Positions 31,619-46,336 of a stretch of DNA of 64,000 nt are shown piece by piece. The translations under genes and the position numbers were made by a program. The notes beneath the pieces were generated by a model. It did no database searches. It was not told the origin of the DNA and saw only the letters and a program-made list of their open reading frames with translations. Origin of the DNA: the human T2T-CHM13v2.0 reference genome, Homo sapiens. Each line of letters begins with the position of its first letter. Positions within the stretch are counted from its first letter, which is position 1. The DNA lies in the NCBI RefSeq assembly GCF_009914755.1, contig NC_060939.1; one strand, written 5' to 3'.

Positions 31619-34399
31619 GGTGGGTAGGCACAGGGAGATGTGCCCCCTTCCCCGTGGGTGCTGGGTAGGTAAATGTTTCGCAAAGGGCTTTGTTGGGGAG
31701 AGGGAACCCTGATTTTCAGTATTTGCCTCTTTTCCTGGTATAAATATTCCCACTGTGGGCAGTATCACCTGCCTCTCAAAATTCCTGAAAATTCAACAGT
31801 TGGCTCCTGGCAGCTGCTGTGAGCCGTTCCAGCCGGTGACTGTGGTGGCTCCATTCTGCAGGGCCATGTGCCCCCACCCCTTGTGCTATGGCCTCCCTCA
31901 CTTTAGTGTGCTGTGTTTTGCTCTTAGGAATCAATGTCTTTGCAGATAAGGCACCCCAGTAGCTGGCCGCCACCTGCAGTTCCCTGGTCTGTCTCTTGCT
32001 GGCACCAAGCTGTGCTGTGCCTGCTGAGACTGCTGGGCCACCCCCGTGCAGATGGTCTGCGGGGCTTGCTTGATTCCCTTAGCTTCCCAGCCAAGGTGCT
32101 GGTGTTGCCAGCAGTGCTGGCAGGAGGAGGGGATAACTAGAGGGGATTTAACTCAACCCGAGGGGCTCTTACGGGATCTTTCCTGGATATCCCTCCAGGT
32201 GGGACTGGCTGCCCTGAGGGTATACAAACCTCCAACTCCTCCAATGGCTGAAGCTACTTCCTCGAGCAGATGGCAGCTGGCTCAGGCTGGCTAGGGACCA
32301 GTGCATGTGAGGTCGGTGCTGGATCACCCCATCAAGGCCATCAGCCTGTGCTTGTTCTTGGGGTTTGAGGGAAACCCAACAGGGATGAATCACAGTTTTT
32401 AACCTGTGTTTGTCTGCCCCCCAGCCCTGGACATCTGCAGGCAAAGTTAAAGTTATATTTGGCTCTTATCACCGCAAAAGGCATAGACCAGAAATTATGG
32501 CATCGGGTTGGAAGTCAGGGAGGCTAATTTGGGGAAACTGCCTGGAGGAAGCAGCAACTCAAAAGAGGAGGAGTCCCAGTGTGGGACAGAACAGGCCCTG
32601 CATAAGAACCACTAATCCCAGGCAAGCCCAGACATGGCCTTCTGCCTGGGGAGGCCCTCTTTGGCCTGCTCAGCAGACCCTCAGCCCCTTCTAGGCCCTG
32701 TCTTCAGCCTCAGACTGAGTGGTGGCCTGGGGAGGTTGGGAGCTGAGCTGTTCTCATCCCTGGTTCCTTGGCCACGGTGGAAACAATGGGGCCGGATCTG
32801 ACTGCTCAGCGGGGACTGTGAATAGCTCTCTAGCAGGAAGCAACAGCAGGGGTAGTGGAGGAAGTGTGGGCCCACTTTGGTTTGACACTGCATATGGTCC
32901 CCATCTGGCCTGAGAGCCTTTACTCCTTGGCAAACTCAGGCCAATAAGCTCCTGCCCCCACCCTCAATGGCAGCTGGAAGAATGGCCTGAGGGAGAAGCA
33001 GGGATAGGTGGGCTGCACTGACATCACCCCCAGATCCCAGCCGTGGCCCCAGCCAACCCATGGAGGTGGGGCATGGCACGGCAGGTGCTGCACAGGAGCC
33101 CAAGCACAAGGGCACTTAGGAGAAGGAATCTGAGCAGGGATCAATCTGGCCTGGTGGTGATTCTCCAGAAACTCCATTCCTCAGGGCTGTGACCACCAAG
33201 CCAGGTGATCAGGCCAGTGATGTTTCCCTTTGGGCCAGGTCGGGGAGCCAGACCTGGGAGGGAGACTCCTCTGGGGCCCAGGGGAGGTGAGTCAGAGCTG
33301 GCAGAGGCCTCTGGCTCCAGGAACCTCCAAGGAGGAGACCTGAGTTGCTGGGAATTTCTGGGTCTGACCTCCTGCCAAGTCAAGGTCTGGGCTGGACACA
33401 AGGTGAGGCTGTGCCTTCTGGTGCCAGGACCAAGGAAATGCTGGGATCTGGGCAGTGCTCAGAGGCAGCACCGTATGGCAGAACCATGAGGGTGCACCAG
33501 CACGGACCCCTTTCTGCAACCCACCCATCCCTCCCTGCAGCACCTCGCCTCCTCCAGGCAAGAATCTGAGCCTTGACCACAGCTCCCTCTCTCACACAGC
33601 TTCCTTCTTTGGTTAGAACCACCCGGAGGTGACTGTGGCCATGGCTCTGACTGACATAGACCTGCAGCTGCAGTTCTCCATGTCCCAACCCGAAGCCCTC
33701 CTTCTCCTGGCAGCAGGCCCAGCTGACCACCTCCTGCTGCAGCTCTACTCTGGACACCTGCAGGTGAGTGACGTCCCCCTGGGATTGGGGCGAGATTCCT
33801 TGTCTAGCTTTGAGTGAACCCCAGCTGGCTGTTGACCTTGTGTAAGTCACTTTTCTTGGGGTCTCAAGTTCTCCACTGTGGGATGGGCAGCAGCAGCTCA
33901 GAAATGGTAAATCCTTCATGAACTGGCTCTGCCCACCGGCTCCTTCCAACCATGTTTCCCACCACAAGCCCTCACTGGCCCTTTGTGCTCTGACTGCACT
34001 GAACTGCTTTCAGTTCCTGGCCATCTTATGGTCACTTGCTGCCAGGCCTTTGGTCATCACACTCCTCCTGCCAGGTGTGTGACCCACCCATTCCCTGTAC
34101 CTGCCGAACTCTAGTCTCTCCTTGAAGTTTCAGTGTGGGCATCCCCTCCTCCTCGGCGAGACCCCCTCCTGGGCCCCCATGACCCCTGCGCATCCTGGTG
34201 GCACTGCACCAATTTATCTGCAGCACCACTGTCTGTCCATGAGAGTAACAGCACCAGTACTGCCTCAGCTTCATTTTTCCATTTCATCCTTCAAGACACC
34301 ACAAGCTTTATTATCAAGGAGTCTTGTGGCTCCTACTTGAGTCTTACCCCATACCAGGAAGAGTTTAAGAACCCAGGGTCTTAGTCCAAATTTGGGGCA

Positions 34400-34540
34400 G
34401 GCTGGGTGCAGTGGCTTATGCCTATAATCCCACCACTTTGGGAGACCAAGGTGGAAAGATCACTTGAGCCTAGGAGTTCAAGACTGGCCTGAGCCACACA
34501 ATGAGACCCCATCTCTATTTTAGAAGGAAAAAAAAAACAA
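34400..34540 (+). mobile_element. Alu monomer (FLAM-like)
   Basis: Single Alu arm with A tail; flanking repeat caaatttggggcag. Confidence 0.85.
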
Positions 34541-37500
34541 ATTAACAAATTTGGGGCAGCCATCTCTTTCCACACCCCAGTGGGAAGAGGACTAGGGCTT
34601 GGTCAGTCTGCTGCTGTCATTGCTGCTCATTGCCACAAGGTGTCACTGTTGAACACCTATGTGGTGCAGTCTGGTGCTGATGGCTGTTGAGCTCTGCAGG
34701 TAGTGATGCCACATCCCTACAGAGATGCACCATACCAGGACTCCAAGATCATGGTTCTTAGTGTTCTGCCTCTGCAGTTCCCATACTCTGCCATCACCTA
34801 TTCTAGCATCTGGGAGCACCATACCAGAGCCATTTCTTGTGTCAATGTCATGGTGACAGAACTATGTCCTTCATCTCTCCTTGAGATATTCCTCCACCAC
34901 AGGTCAGGCAGCTTTTTTTTTTTTTTTTTTCCCCAGAACACAGAGCATCTGCCTGGGCTCCCTGTCCCTGAACAGTTAGCCTGGCTTCCTTCAGTGACCT
35001 TGAGAAACTTTGCCAAACTTAGGGGGACTGATCAACGGATTCTCAGTTACCCATTATTCCAGGGGTGAAATCTAGATTCCAAGACAATATTTCTGGTGCT
35101 TTTCACTCAAGGAAAGAGGAGGAGAATTTAAAAATACAGGTTGGGTTTCTAGAAGAGCATCTTGCTATATGTCAGTTCCTTGTGGGCAAGGACCACATCT
35201 GATTCACACCAGGGTCCCCAGAGCCCATCCAGGCCTGGCCCAGAGTTTCCTTTGGTGAGTGTTTGGAGGATGAATAAAGAGATGGCAGGAAGGCAAGAGG
35301 AGTGGCACCAGAGGCCCTTGTCCTAGGTTTTCTGCTCTGGGGCCCCCTGTGGGGAACCCACTGTGCTTTTATAAGGGAAATGATGGATTCAAAGTGCTGC
35401 CCCCCATCTCCCATTCCCCGTCTCTCCTCAGGTCAGGCTTGTCCTGGGCCAGGAGGAGCTGAGGCTGCAGACCCCAGCAGAAATTCTACTGAGTGGCTCC
35501 GTCCCCCACACCACAGTTCTGACTGTCTCAGAGGACTGGCCCACATTGTCAGTCAATGGGTTTCTGAATGCCTCCTCCGTAGTCCTGGGAGCCCCCCTAG
35601 AAGTCCCCTATGGGCTCTTTGTTGGGAGCACTGGGAGACTTGGCCTGCCCTACCTGAGGGGAACCAGCCATCCCCTGAGGGGTTGCCTCCATGCAGCCGC
35701 TCTCAATGGCTGCAGACTCCTCCAGCCTCTGACCCCCAATAAGCATGAGGGCTGTGCTGAAGAGTTTTCTGCCAATGATGATGTGGCCCTGGGCTTCTCT
35801 GGGTCCCACTCTCTGGCTGCCTTGCCTGCCTGGGGCACTCAGGATGAAGGAACCCTGGAGTTTACACTCACCACACAGAGCTGGCAGGCACCCTTGGCCT
35901 TCCAGGCAGCAGGCTGGCATGGGGACTTCATCCATGTGGACATATTTGAGGGCCACCTGTGGTCCATGGTTGAGAAGGGCCAGGGTACTGTATTGCTCCT
36001 CAACAGTGTGCCTGTGACTGACGCACAGCCCCACAAGGTCAGCATCCACATCAACATTCACCAGCTAGAAATCTCCATGGACCAGTACCCCACACGAACT
36101 GAGGAGTCCTCAGCTACCTGGAGCCACGTGACAGTCTCCTTCTTGGGGAGCTGGTTGCAGAGGCCTCTCATCACCTCCAGGAACACCGCTCAGGCCTGAC
36201 ACCAGGGGCTGCCAATGCCTCCCTGCTGGGCTGGCTGCATGGAAGACCTCAGTGTCAATGGCTAGAGGCAGGGGCTGTGGGAAGCCTTGCTGACGCACAA
36301 CATGGTGGCTGGCTGCAGACTGGAGGAGGTAGACAATGCCTATGGCCATTATGAAGCTTTCTCCACCCTGGCTCCCAAGGCTTGGCTGTCCGTGGAGCTA
36401 GCTGAGCCATGCGTGCCTGAGCCAGGGCTACCTCCTGTCTTTGCCAATTTCATCCAGCTGCTATCAGCGCAGTGGTGGTGACCGAGGGTGGCACAGCCTG
36501 GCTTGAGTGGTGGCATGTGCAGCCCATGCTGGCACTGATGGAGGCTGAACTGCGTAAATCCCAGGTGCTGTTCAGCGTGACCTGAGGGGCACACTACAGC
36601 GAGCTCGAGCTGGATGTCCTGGGTGCCCAGGCATGAAAAATGTTCACCCTCCTGGACGTGGTGAACTGCAAGGCCCGCTTCATCCACGATGGCCCTGAGG
36701 ACACCTCTGACCAGCTGGTGCTGGAGGTGTCAGTGATGGCTTGGTTGCCCATGCCCTCATGCCTGTGGAGGGGCCAAACAGACCTCCTGCCCATCCAGGT
36801 CAACCCTGTCAATGACCCACCCCACATCATCTTCCCACATGGCAGCCTTATGGTGATCCTGGAACACACACAGAAGCCTCTGGGGCCTGAGGTTCTCCAG
36901 GCCTATGACCTGGACTCTGCCTGTGAGGGCCTCGCCTTCCAGCTCCTTGGCACCCCCTCTGGCCTCCCCGTGGAGCACCGAGACCAGCCTGGGGAGCCGG
37001 TGACTGAGTTCTCCTGCTGGGAGTTGGAGGCCGGCAGCCTAGTCTATGTCCACTGTGGTGGCCCTACACAGGACTTGACATTCCGGGTCAGCAATGGACT
37101 GCAGGCCAGCCCCCCGGCCATGCTGAAGGTGGTGGCTGTCCAGCTGGCCATACAAATCCACCGCAGCACAGGGCTGCATCTGGCCCAGGGCTCTGCCATG
37201 CCCATCTTGCCTACCAACCTGTTGGTGGAGACCAGCGCCGTGGGGCAGGATGTGACCGTGCTGTTCCGTGTCACCGGAGGCCTGCCGTTCAGGGAGCTGC
37301 AGAAGCAGGGGGCTGGTGGGGTGGAGGATGCTGAGTGGTGGGTCACACAGGCGTTCCACCAGCAGGATGTGGAGCAGGGCCACGTGAGGTACCTGAGCAC
37401 TGACCCACAGCACTACACCGAGGACACCGTGGAGAACCTGGATCTGCAGGTGCAGGTGAGCTGGGAAATCCTGAGCAATCTGTCCTTCCTAGTGACCATC

Positions 37501-40134
37501 CAGAGAGCCACTGTGTGGATGCTGCAGCTGGAGCCACTGCACACTCAGAACACCCAGCAGGAGGCCCTCACCACAGCCCACCTGGAGGCCACCCTGGAGG
37601 AGGCAGGCCCAAGCCCCCCAACCTTCCACTGTGAGGTGGTTCAGGCTCCCAGGAAAGGCAACTTTCAACTACAGGGCACGATGCTGTCAGACGGTCAGGG
37701 CTTCACCCAGGATGACGTACAGGCTGCAGAGGTGACCTATGGGGCCATGGCACGTGCCTCAGTGGCAGTGGAGGACACCTTCTGTTTCCATGTCACAGCT
37801 CCACCATATTTCTCCCCACTCTGTACCTTCTCCATCCATATTGGCGGTGACCCAGACATGCCTGTCCTCGTGGTGCCCGAGGGTGGTGGGTGTGTCCTCT
37901 CTGCTGACCAGCTCTTCATCAAGAGTCTCAACAGTGCCAGGTACCTCTATGAGGTCATGGAGCAGCCCCGCCATGGGAGGTTGACTTGGCGTGGGACACA
38001 GGACAAGATCACTATGGTGACATCCTTCACCAATGGAGACCTGATGCATGGCCAGCTGGTCTAGCAGCATGATGACTCCGAGATCACAGAAGATGATATC
38101 CCATTTCCTGCTGCCATCAGGACCAGAGCAGTGGTGACGTGGCCTGGGAGGAGGTATGGGGTGTCTTCTGAGTGGCCATCCAGCCTGTGAATGACCACGC
38201 CCCTATGCAGACCATCAGCTGCGTCTTCCACGTGGCCTGGGGTAGGTGGCGGCTGCTGACTACAGACAACATGGCCTTCAGCAATGCTGATTCGGGCTTT
38301 GCTGAGGCCCAGCTGGTGCTGACCCACCAGGACCTCCTCTCTGGCAGTATCATGGCCACGGATGAGCCCATGCAGCCCATCTGCCGCTTCATCCAGGAGG
38401 GGCCTCAGGAAGAGGCGAGTCCTGTTCACACACTCAGGCTGACCACGGCTGGATCCCGCTGCAGGTGTCCGATGGGCAGCACCAGGCCATCACGGTGCTG
38501 GAGGTGCAGGCCTTGGAGCCTTACCTCTGTGTGGCCAATGGCTCCGGCCTCATGGTTCCTCAAGGAGGCCAGGGTACCATCAACATGGCCGAGCTCCACC
38601 TGGGCACCAACCTCAACATCTGCAGTAGGGATGAGGCCCACTACCACGTCACAGACAGCCCTCACTGGGGACAGTTGCTCCAAGCCACTCAGCCAGCCAC
38701 AGCCTTCTCTCAGCAGGACCTGCTGGTTGGGGCTGTTTTCTATGGCCACAATGGCAGCCTCAGCTCCCGCAACACCCTGGCCTTCTCAATGGATGTGGGA
38801 CCAGTGCACACAGATGCCACCCTACAAGTGACCATTGCCCTAGAGGGCCCAGTAGCCCCACTGAAGCTGGCCCAGCACAAGGAGATCTACATCTTCCAGG
38901 GAGAGGCAGCTGAGATCAGAAGGGACCAGCTGGAGGTGAGGAGCTGGAGGTGGTGAGCGGGGTGTGGACCAGGTAGAGGGCCTTCCTCCCAGCCTCCATG
39001 CCGGGAACACATGTGACTTGGGCTGTACCTGTGGTGGTCCCAGCTTGCGTGTGTGCACGTGCCTCAGATGTGCTCCCATATATGTTGTGTTCCCAAGAGT
39101 TTCTGGGGAGCTTGCTGTACACCCATCCTCCTGGGAGTGGTGTGTGCCTCTAGAGCTGGTGTCCACTCATGTCCATGGCATGGCTGAGCATGCAGATTCC
39201 TGGACGCCACCCAGCCCTACAGAATCTCTGAAGTGGAGCCCGAGAATCTGCATTGCAGTCAGTTCCCTGGGAGGGCATCACGGGTCCTGAACTTTTGGGA
39301 TTGCTGGCCGTGGAGACAGGCCGCTGCCTCTCAGACCCCTGTGTACCCCGCTCTCTTCTCAGAGCCCAGACCAGGACCAGGAGGGTCTGTCAAGGGCTTC
39401 TGCTCACCCAGGAACCCCACAGAGCAGCCACGGGCCTTCCAGAGATCTGACATGCCCTGTGACCTCAGGCCAGTCCTTGCCCGCTCTCAGCCTTACTCTT
39501 CCACACTGCTTATTTCGGAGACCCTTCTGGTCTGCATCTGGAGCTTGGGGCCCATGGTGAGCCAGCAGATCTGGCATCAGGAAGGCCTCATGGGAGGAGG
39601 CAGTGTTTGGGCCGGGCTCTGAAGAGTACAGGCCATTAGGAGCAGAGAATGGGGAGTGGTATTCCACGCAAAAGGAACATTCCGGCCGAAGGCACAAAAC
39701 AGGAATGTGAGTTTGGAGGCAGTTTAGCCTCTTGTGGATGGCCCATCAGGTGAGGGAGCCCATGTGGCCTTTGGGGTGTGAGCTCTGTAGGGCCTGTGCT
39801 GGGGGTGCCTGTGCCTCTAGGAGGGGTGGGGTGGGGTGGGGCAGGGCACCCTCTGATGGTCCTGGGTGGTAATAGCAGGGGTTGGGGAGGATGCTGCCAG
39901 CAAACCAGCCACAGGCCTGAACAGATCCTGAGCAGGGGGCCTGTGTGCGTGTGCACACACGCATGTGTACCTGTACCTGTGTGACTGCGTCAGCATCTGA
40001 TGAACTCATATGTCTGTGTCACTGAGTCTGGGGACATGTGATTATGCACCTCCCTGAGGGAGTGCATCTCAAGCTGTTGACCGACACCCCGTAACCATGT
40101 GTGGGGTGGGTATTAACATGTGACCAGCTGGGGC

Positions 40135-40328
40135 AACCCAGTGAAACCCCATCTCTACACAAAACATTTAAAAATTAGCCAGGCATGGTGGCACATGACT
40201 GTGGTCCCAGCTACTTGGGAGGCTGAGCCCTTGAGCCTAGGACGTTGAGGCTGCAGGGAGCTGTGATCACACCACAGCACTCCAGCCTGGGTGACAGAGT
40301 GAGACCCTGTCTCAAAAAAACAAAAAAT
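40135..40328 (+). mobile_element. Partial Alu (right arm)
   Basis: aattagccaggcatggtggc ... gagaccctgtctcaaaa. Confidence 0.85.
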
Positions 40329-41150
40329 GTGACCAGCTGCATGTCTGGCTGCTGTGTGTGTGAACCCACATGTGTGTGTGTCACTAAATGAGCAGTGGTA
40401 TCTGGGGAAATAAGTGGAGCAAGATCAAGGCTGTTCTGGCTGCTTAGGGCCACAGTGGGCCCCTCTGAGACCCCTCTGCATTCCCTTGTGAGTCCTCATG
40501 ACCTCTGTTAACCAGGTAGCCCAGGAGGCAGTGCCGCCAGCAGACATCGTTTTCTCAGTGAAGAGCCCACCGAGTGCCGGCTACCTGGTGATGGTGCTGC
40601 GTGGCATCTTGGCAGATGAGCCACCCAGCCTGGACCCCGTGCAGAGCTTCTCCCAAGAGGCAGTGGACACAGGCAGGATCCTCTACCTGCACTCCCGCCC
40701 TGAGGCCCGGAGCCATGCCTTCTCGCTGGATGTGGCCTCGGCCTGGGTGCTCCCCTTGAGGACGTCACGTGGAGCTGGAGGTGCTGCCTGCTGTCATCCC
40801 CACTGGGGGCACAAAACTTCAGCAGTAGAGGGGGCACAGTCGCAGCTGCACCCTGGCCCCTCCACTGCTCCGCGTTGCCAGGTCCTACTTCCCCACTCTC
40901 CCGGGCCTTGGCCTGCAGGTGCTGGAGCCACCCCGGCATGGGGCCCTGCAGAAGGAGGATGGGCCTCAAGCCAGGACCCTCAGCACCTTCTGCTGGAGAG
41001 AGGTACGGCTGTGAGAGAGGCCCAGGGGCTGCAGCCCAGCTCTGGGGGCAGAGTGGAGGGAGCCCCGGGGACTCCCAGTCCAGGGGTTATACAGAGAGGA
41101 GACAGGGAGTCACATTTCAGAAAGACCTATGCTTTAGATGCTGTATCTCG

Positions 41151-41487
<337 letters not shown>

Positions 41488-44400
41488 TTATGGTCCCCAT
41501 TTTCCACCAATGGAAGCTGAGGCCCTAAAAGGGTCAGTCTCTTCCTGCACCCAAAGGCAGAACATGAAGGGTACTGCTGGGGCCTGACTGCCAGCCCTGG
41601 GCCTGCCCCTAGGTGGAAGAGCATCTGATCCAGTACCTGCACGATGGGAGCAAGACACTGACGGTTTTGTCCTGATGGCTAATGCCTCTGAGATGGACCG
41701 CCAGAGCCATCCTGTGGCCTTCACTGTCACCATCCTGCCTGTCAATGGCCAACCCCCGACCTCATACAAACTCAGGCCTGCAGGTGAGCATATTCCTGGG
41801 ACCACCCCCCATGTCTGCTTTGAGAAAGAGGCCAATGTCCCCTACTTCCCGGCACAGATCTCCCCCCCTCTGAGCCTCAGTTTCCTCCTCTGCAAAATGA
41901 GGACACTACTGTGTGCCTCACGCAGTTGTTGGAAGGAGAGATGTGAGATTGTGCTGAAATAGAACACAGGTGGGAGGTTTTGTTATTGGACATTTGCAAG
42001 TACGGTAGGCAGACTTCTGAGCAGCCATGGGTGGCTCTGCTGTTCCTTCTCCTGTGGCTTAGGACCAGAACACCTGAAAGAATCACTTACAAGCCCTTAA
42101 GGGCTGGCGTCAGGGTGGGACCGTTAAGCTTCCCACCTTCACCCCAGCAAGTGGAGGCCTCAGCTTGGCTTCCCAAACTCCTGCCCCTTGTCCACAGCAG
42201 AGCAGGGCCCCCATTTGGCAAAGGTGGAAGTTGAGGCCCAGAGATGGGATGGAACTTCTCCATGATTGCAAAAGTAGTTCTGGTGGAACAGAAAGGGCAT
42301 GGCTTTACTAAGCCCACGTGGCAGGGCTTTGAACCCCAGCTTCTGGGGCGCGTCCTCCCCAGTCAGCAGAAGCCACTGAAGGTTCCGCAAGAGGGCTGAC
42401 TTGGGCTGTCTCTGACATGGGGCACCGGGGGGCTTTGGTGGTCTAGGATGTGCCTGTAGGGGGTGGCCTCATGGTGCGGACGCCACAGAAGAGTGGGACA
42501 CAGCACCCTGGAACCACAGGCTGGGATGGCTGTGTGGCAGTGCGGCCACCAGGTGGTGCCATCTACCCGTGTTTGTTCCGGGAGCCCAGTGATGGGGCCC
42601 TGCCTCCCACAGTATGGCCCCTCTTGCCAAGGCTCGGCCTGAGGGCTCCCTGCGGCCAGGGGAGGAAGCCCAGGAATGCCAGAGGGCTGTTTTCTGGGCA
42701 TGTGAGTCCCACTGCAGCACTGCCCACAAGTAATTGACCCAGCAAGAGTGGTACCAGGACCTCAGGAACGGGTGCCTGTTCTGCTTGCTAGTGGGAGGCC
42801 TGAAAAGGGGCCCCCTTTGCCCAACACGAGGAGGGCCCGTAACTGCTCTGGAAGCACCTGGGCCCATCCCAGCACTGCTTCTGTGCTGCAGGACAGTGCC
42901 AACCATCAGGCTTCAGCTCTCTGCGCCTCCCACCCCTCCCTTAGCTGGAAGGAGTGCTCGTTTCTAAAATCACTGTTCCCACCTGTGCCCAGCCCCTGCC
43001 AGGCACACATGGAGGGTCTGAAAGGAGACTGCTGCCCCACCAGTGAGCTAGATTAAGGAGCACTGTTGGTCAGCGCTGGGGGTTTCTGGGGGTGAGAACT
43101 TGGTGACGGTAAGAGCTAGGGCCTTCCTGGGTTGGGTACACAAGCTGGTCTTGAGGGACACACAGGACTAGGACAGATGAAGAGCAGGGATGCTGGGCCT
43201 GGAGGGTGGCCTTCCCTGGGGTGACAGGGAAGGTGAATGCAGGGAGGCCATTTGTGCAGGGGAGCCACAGCAGCGCCAGCCTTGATGCCACCTGAGGGCC
43301 TGAGCCTCAGTGGGGTTGGAGCCCTGGTGGCAGCCCAGGGCCGGGGAGGAAGGGGTGGGTAAGTGTGGCAGGGCAGAACCTTCACAGGCCTGTGTCCCCA
43401 GATGTGGGAGGGGGCCACCGTGCCCATCCCTACAGAGGCTCTGAGGAGCACGGATGGTTACTCTGGGCCCAAGGACCTGGTGTACACCATTAAGCAGCCC
43501 AGCAATGGGTGGGTAGTGCAGTGGGCGGTGCCGGGCACTGAGGTGCGCAGCTTCATGCAGACCCAGCTGGATGGTGGGCTCGTGCTGTTCTCACACAGAG
43601 GTGGGTGCTGAGGGCCGAGCCCCAGGTTTCTGCTGCCCACGGGGGCACCCTGAGGTGGGGAGCCAGTTCAGGCCAGCTGGACCCAACACCCTTGTCCCCA
43701 GGGGCCCTGGACGGAGGCATCCACTTTGGCCTCTCTGACAGTGAACATACTTCCTCCAGACACTTAGCTTCTGAGTGACGGCCCAGAAGCAAGTGCTTCA
43801 CTCGCTGGAGGGCAGCCGGACACTGACTGCCCAGGTGGGTGTGCTGATTGTGGGCGTTCCTGGGTGCGGGGGGCTGGGGCAGAGCTGAGGGTGGCATGCC
43901 AGGGTCACACTGCCTCTCTGCAGCCACAGGCCTCGGCCTGGATCACAAAGGCTGATGGCCCCTTTTGCCTCTGGCAGAGTCCGTCCAGCCACTCAGCAGC
44001 CAGAGCCTCAGAGCCAGCAGGCACCGACCCCCAGCTCCTGCTCTACCATGTGGTGCGGGGCCTCCAGCTAGGCCGGCTCTTCCACGCCCAGCATGACAGC
44101 ACAGGGGAGGACCTGGTGAACTTCACTCAGGCAGAGGTAAGGGCCCCACTCTGCAGCCACCACTCAGATGCGCCCAGCCTCAGGTGGCCACTGTGCCATG
44201 GACATCATGTGGACATGGGCACCAGCTCCAGCATCACCGGCAGCAGACACTCCCAGGCCTGCCATGGTCCAGGACCTGGTGTCCTGCCCTCTAGGAGTCA
44301 TCAGGCTGGCAGGGCAAGTTCATGTTCCCAGAAGGAGGGAGAAGAATGCAGGAAGTCGGGGATACAGGGCCCCAGAGCAGGGCTGGGGTCTTGGGGTGTG

Positions 44401-45789
44401 GCTTCCCGAAGGAAGCTAGAGCTGGACCCAAGGGTCTGGAGAGGGAGAACCATGTAGGGGCACTAGTGGCACCCCAGCAGCTGGTGAGGGGCAGTGCTTG
44501 GTGGGGGATGGAGTCGGAGGTGAAGCAGCTGCTGGGGCCTGTGGGCAGAGGTGTGAGCCTCGGGCTCAGATCAGGTGCCAGCCAGAGGAAGAGTGGATCC
44601 TAGGAGCAGATGAGCTGATGAAAGGCAGCTGAGTCGGCCAAAAGGGGGAAGCCACTGTTCATCTGTCCTGGTGGCTTCAGAGAAGAACTAGAGCTCTCAG
44701 CCATGGGTAGTGGCAGACTCTCTGTGGTAACTGTGCCATGGGGGCCAGCCCACTCATGGTTTAAATGAACACCTCTCCCCAAAGGCAGAATGGGAGTTGT
44801 TCCATAGCAGAGCAGGGCAGGGCAGGGCAGACTCTTGTGGGCCGCCCTGGGCAGGCAGCACACCTGATGCTCCCATCAGGAGGCTGCGTGAGCATCTGGA
44901 CCCAGCACATGATCACAGTGAGTTCTCGGCAGGGAGCGGTCTTGTGGGGCGCAGAGCTGACTCTGTCACTCAGGAGCCACGGCACGCAGCACTGCCCCAA
45001 GTACCTCCAGAGGGGATCCCTGTCAGCCCTTGAAAATGGCAGAGCCCACCCCAGCCCCCTTTTCAAGCTCCCTTGCTTCGGCAAGGACCTCCTGAGCCTG
45101 GCGCTCTCCCTCCTGAGAGGTGCAGATGGTACTCAGCAAGTGCAAAGCCGAGGTTTCTTGGGCCTCTCACATCAGCACCTCCCAGACCTCGGTTCTGTAT
45201 TTCCCTGGAGCTCCACTCCTGCTATGGTGCCCTTCCCACAATGAGATATTCATCAGGCTGGTGTCTACAGCTGCTGCGTACCCTCAGTTGCTGGGAGCCT
45301 TTGTCAAGAATGCCCAGGAATGAGGAGGGCACAGGACCCAGACCATCAGCAACCCTCTTGCACTCTATAGTCCCATGTTACTCAGAGCTTCCCCATGCTC
45401 CAGCAAGATGAAGGACTAGATTGAATGGGCACCAGGCTGGCAGTGCCACCCAGGAAAGCTGGGAAGAGGCTACATGGGCTACCTGGCCCACTCAGGGAGG
45501 AGGGCAGGACTGGGTATTGTCTTGACAGCAACCCTGTCCCACAACACTGAACTGGGCAGGGAAGGGGTCAGGTGTCCTCATTTTTCAGATAAGAAAACTG
45601 AAGCTCCCAGAGGGCAGGTAAATGTATTCAGAGCACATGGCGAGTAAGAGGCAAATCTTCTGCCAGCAAGTCCAGGATTTTTTTCACCAGAGGACATTGC
45701 TTGGTCCCCAGAGCTCAGGACCCTGTGTTTTGTCTCACTCCCACCCACAGAGCTCCTGTATCCAGGCATCAACTCCAACTCCCACTCCT

Positions 45790-46055
45790 GGAGGCCGAGG
45801 CAGGAGGATCACTTGAGCCCAGGAGTTCGAGACCAGCCTGGGCCACATAGTGAGACCTTGTCTCCACACAAAAATTTTAAAAATAGCTGGGCTTGGTGGT
45901 GGCATGTGCCTGTAGTCCTAGCTCCTCGAGAGGCTGACGTTGGAGGATCACTTTGAGCCCAGGAGGTGGAGGCTGCAGTGAGCAGTCATCACTGTACTCC
46001 AGCCTGGTGACAGAGCGAGACCCTATCACCGCCCCCCGCCCCACCAAAAAAAAAC
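45790..46055 (+). mobile_element. 5'-truncated Alu (AluJ-like) near the CSPG4P/DNM1P transition
   Basis: ggaggccgaggcaggaggatcacttgagcccagg ... gacagagcgagaccct. Confidence 0.85.
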
Positions 46056-46336
46056 TGAGTAGACAGGTGTCCTCTTGGCATGATAAGTCTTAAGTCCCCT
46101 CCCAGATCTGTGACATTTGACAGGTGTCTTTTCCTCTGGACCTCGGTGTCCCCATCTGAGTGAGAAAAGGCAGTGGGGAGGTGGATCTTCCAGTCGAAGC
46201 GGTATAGAAGCCCGTGTGAAAAGCCATACTCCAAGGGGCTCCAAGTCCAGCGCACAGTCCCAGAAGGGCCCAGCAAGGCAGCCAGGGCGGCACAGGCACC
46301 AGGTCCCAACCTTCTTCCCTGTTTGCCCACTCTCAG

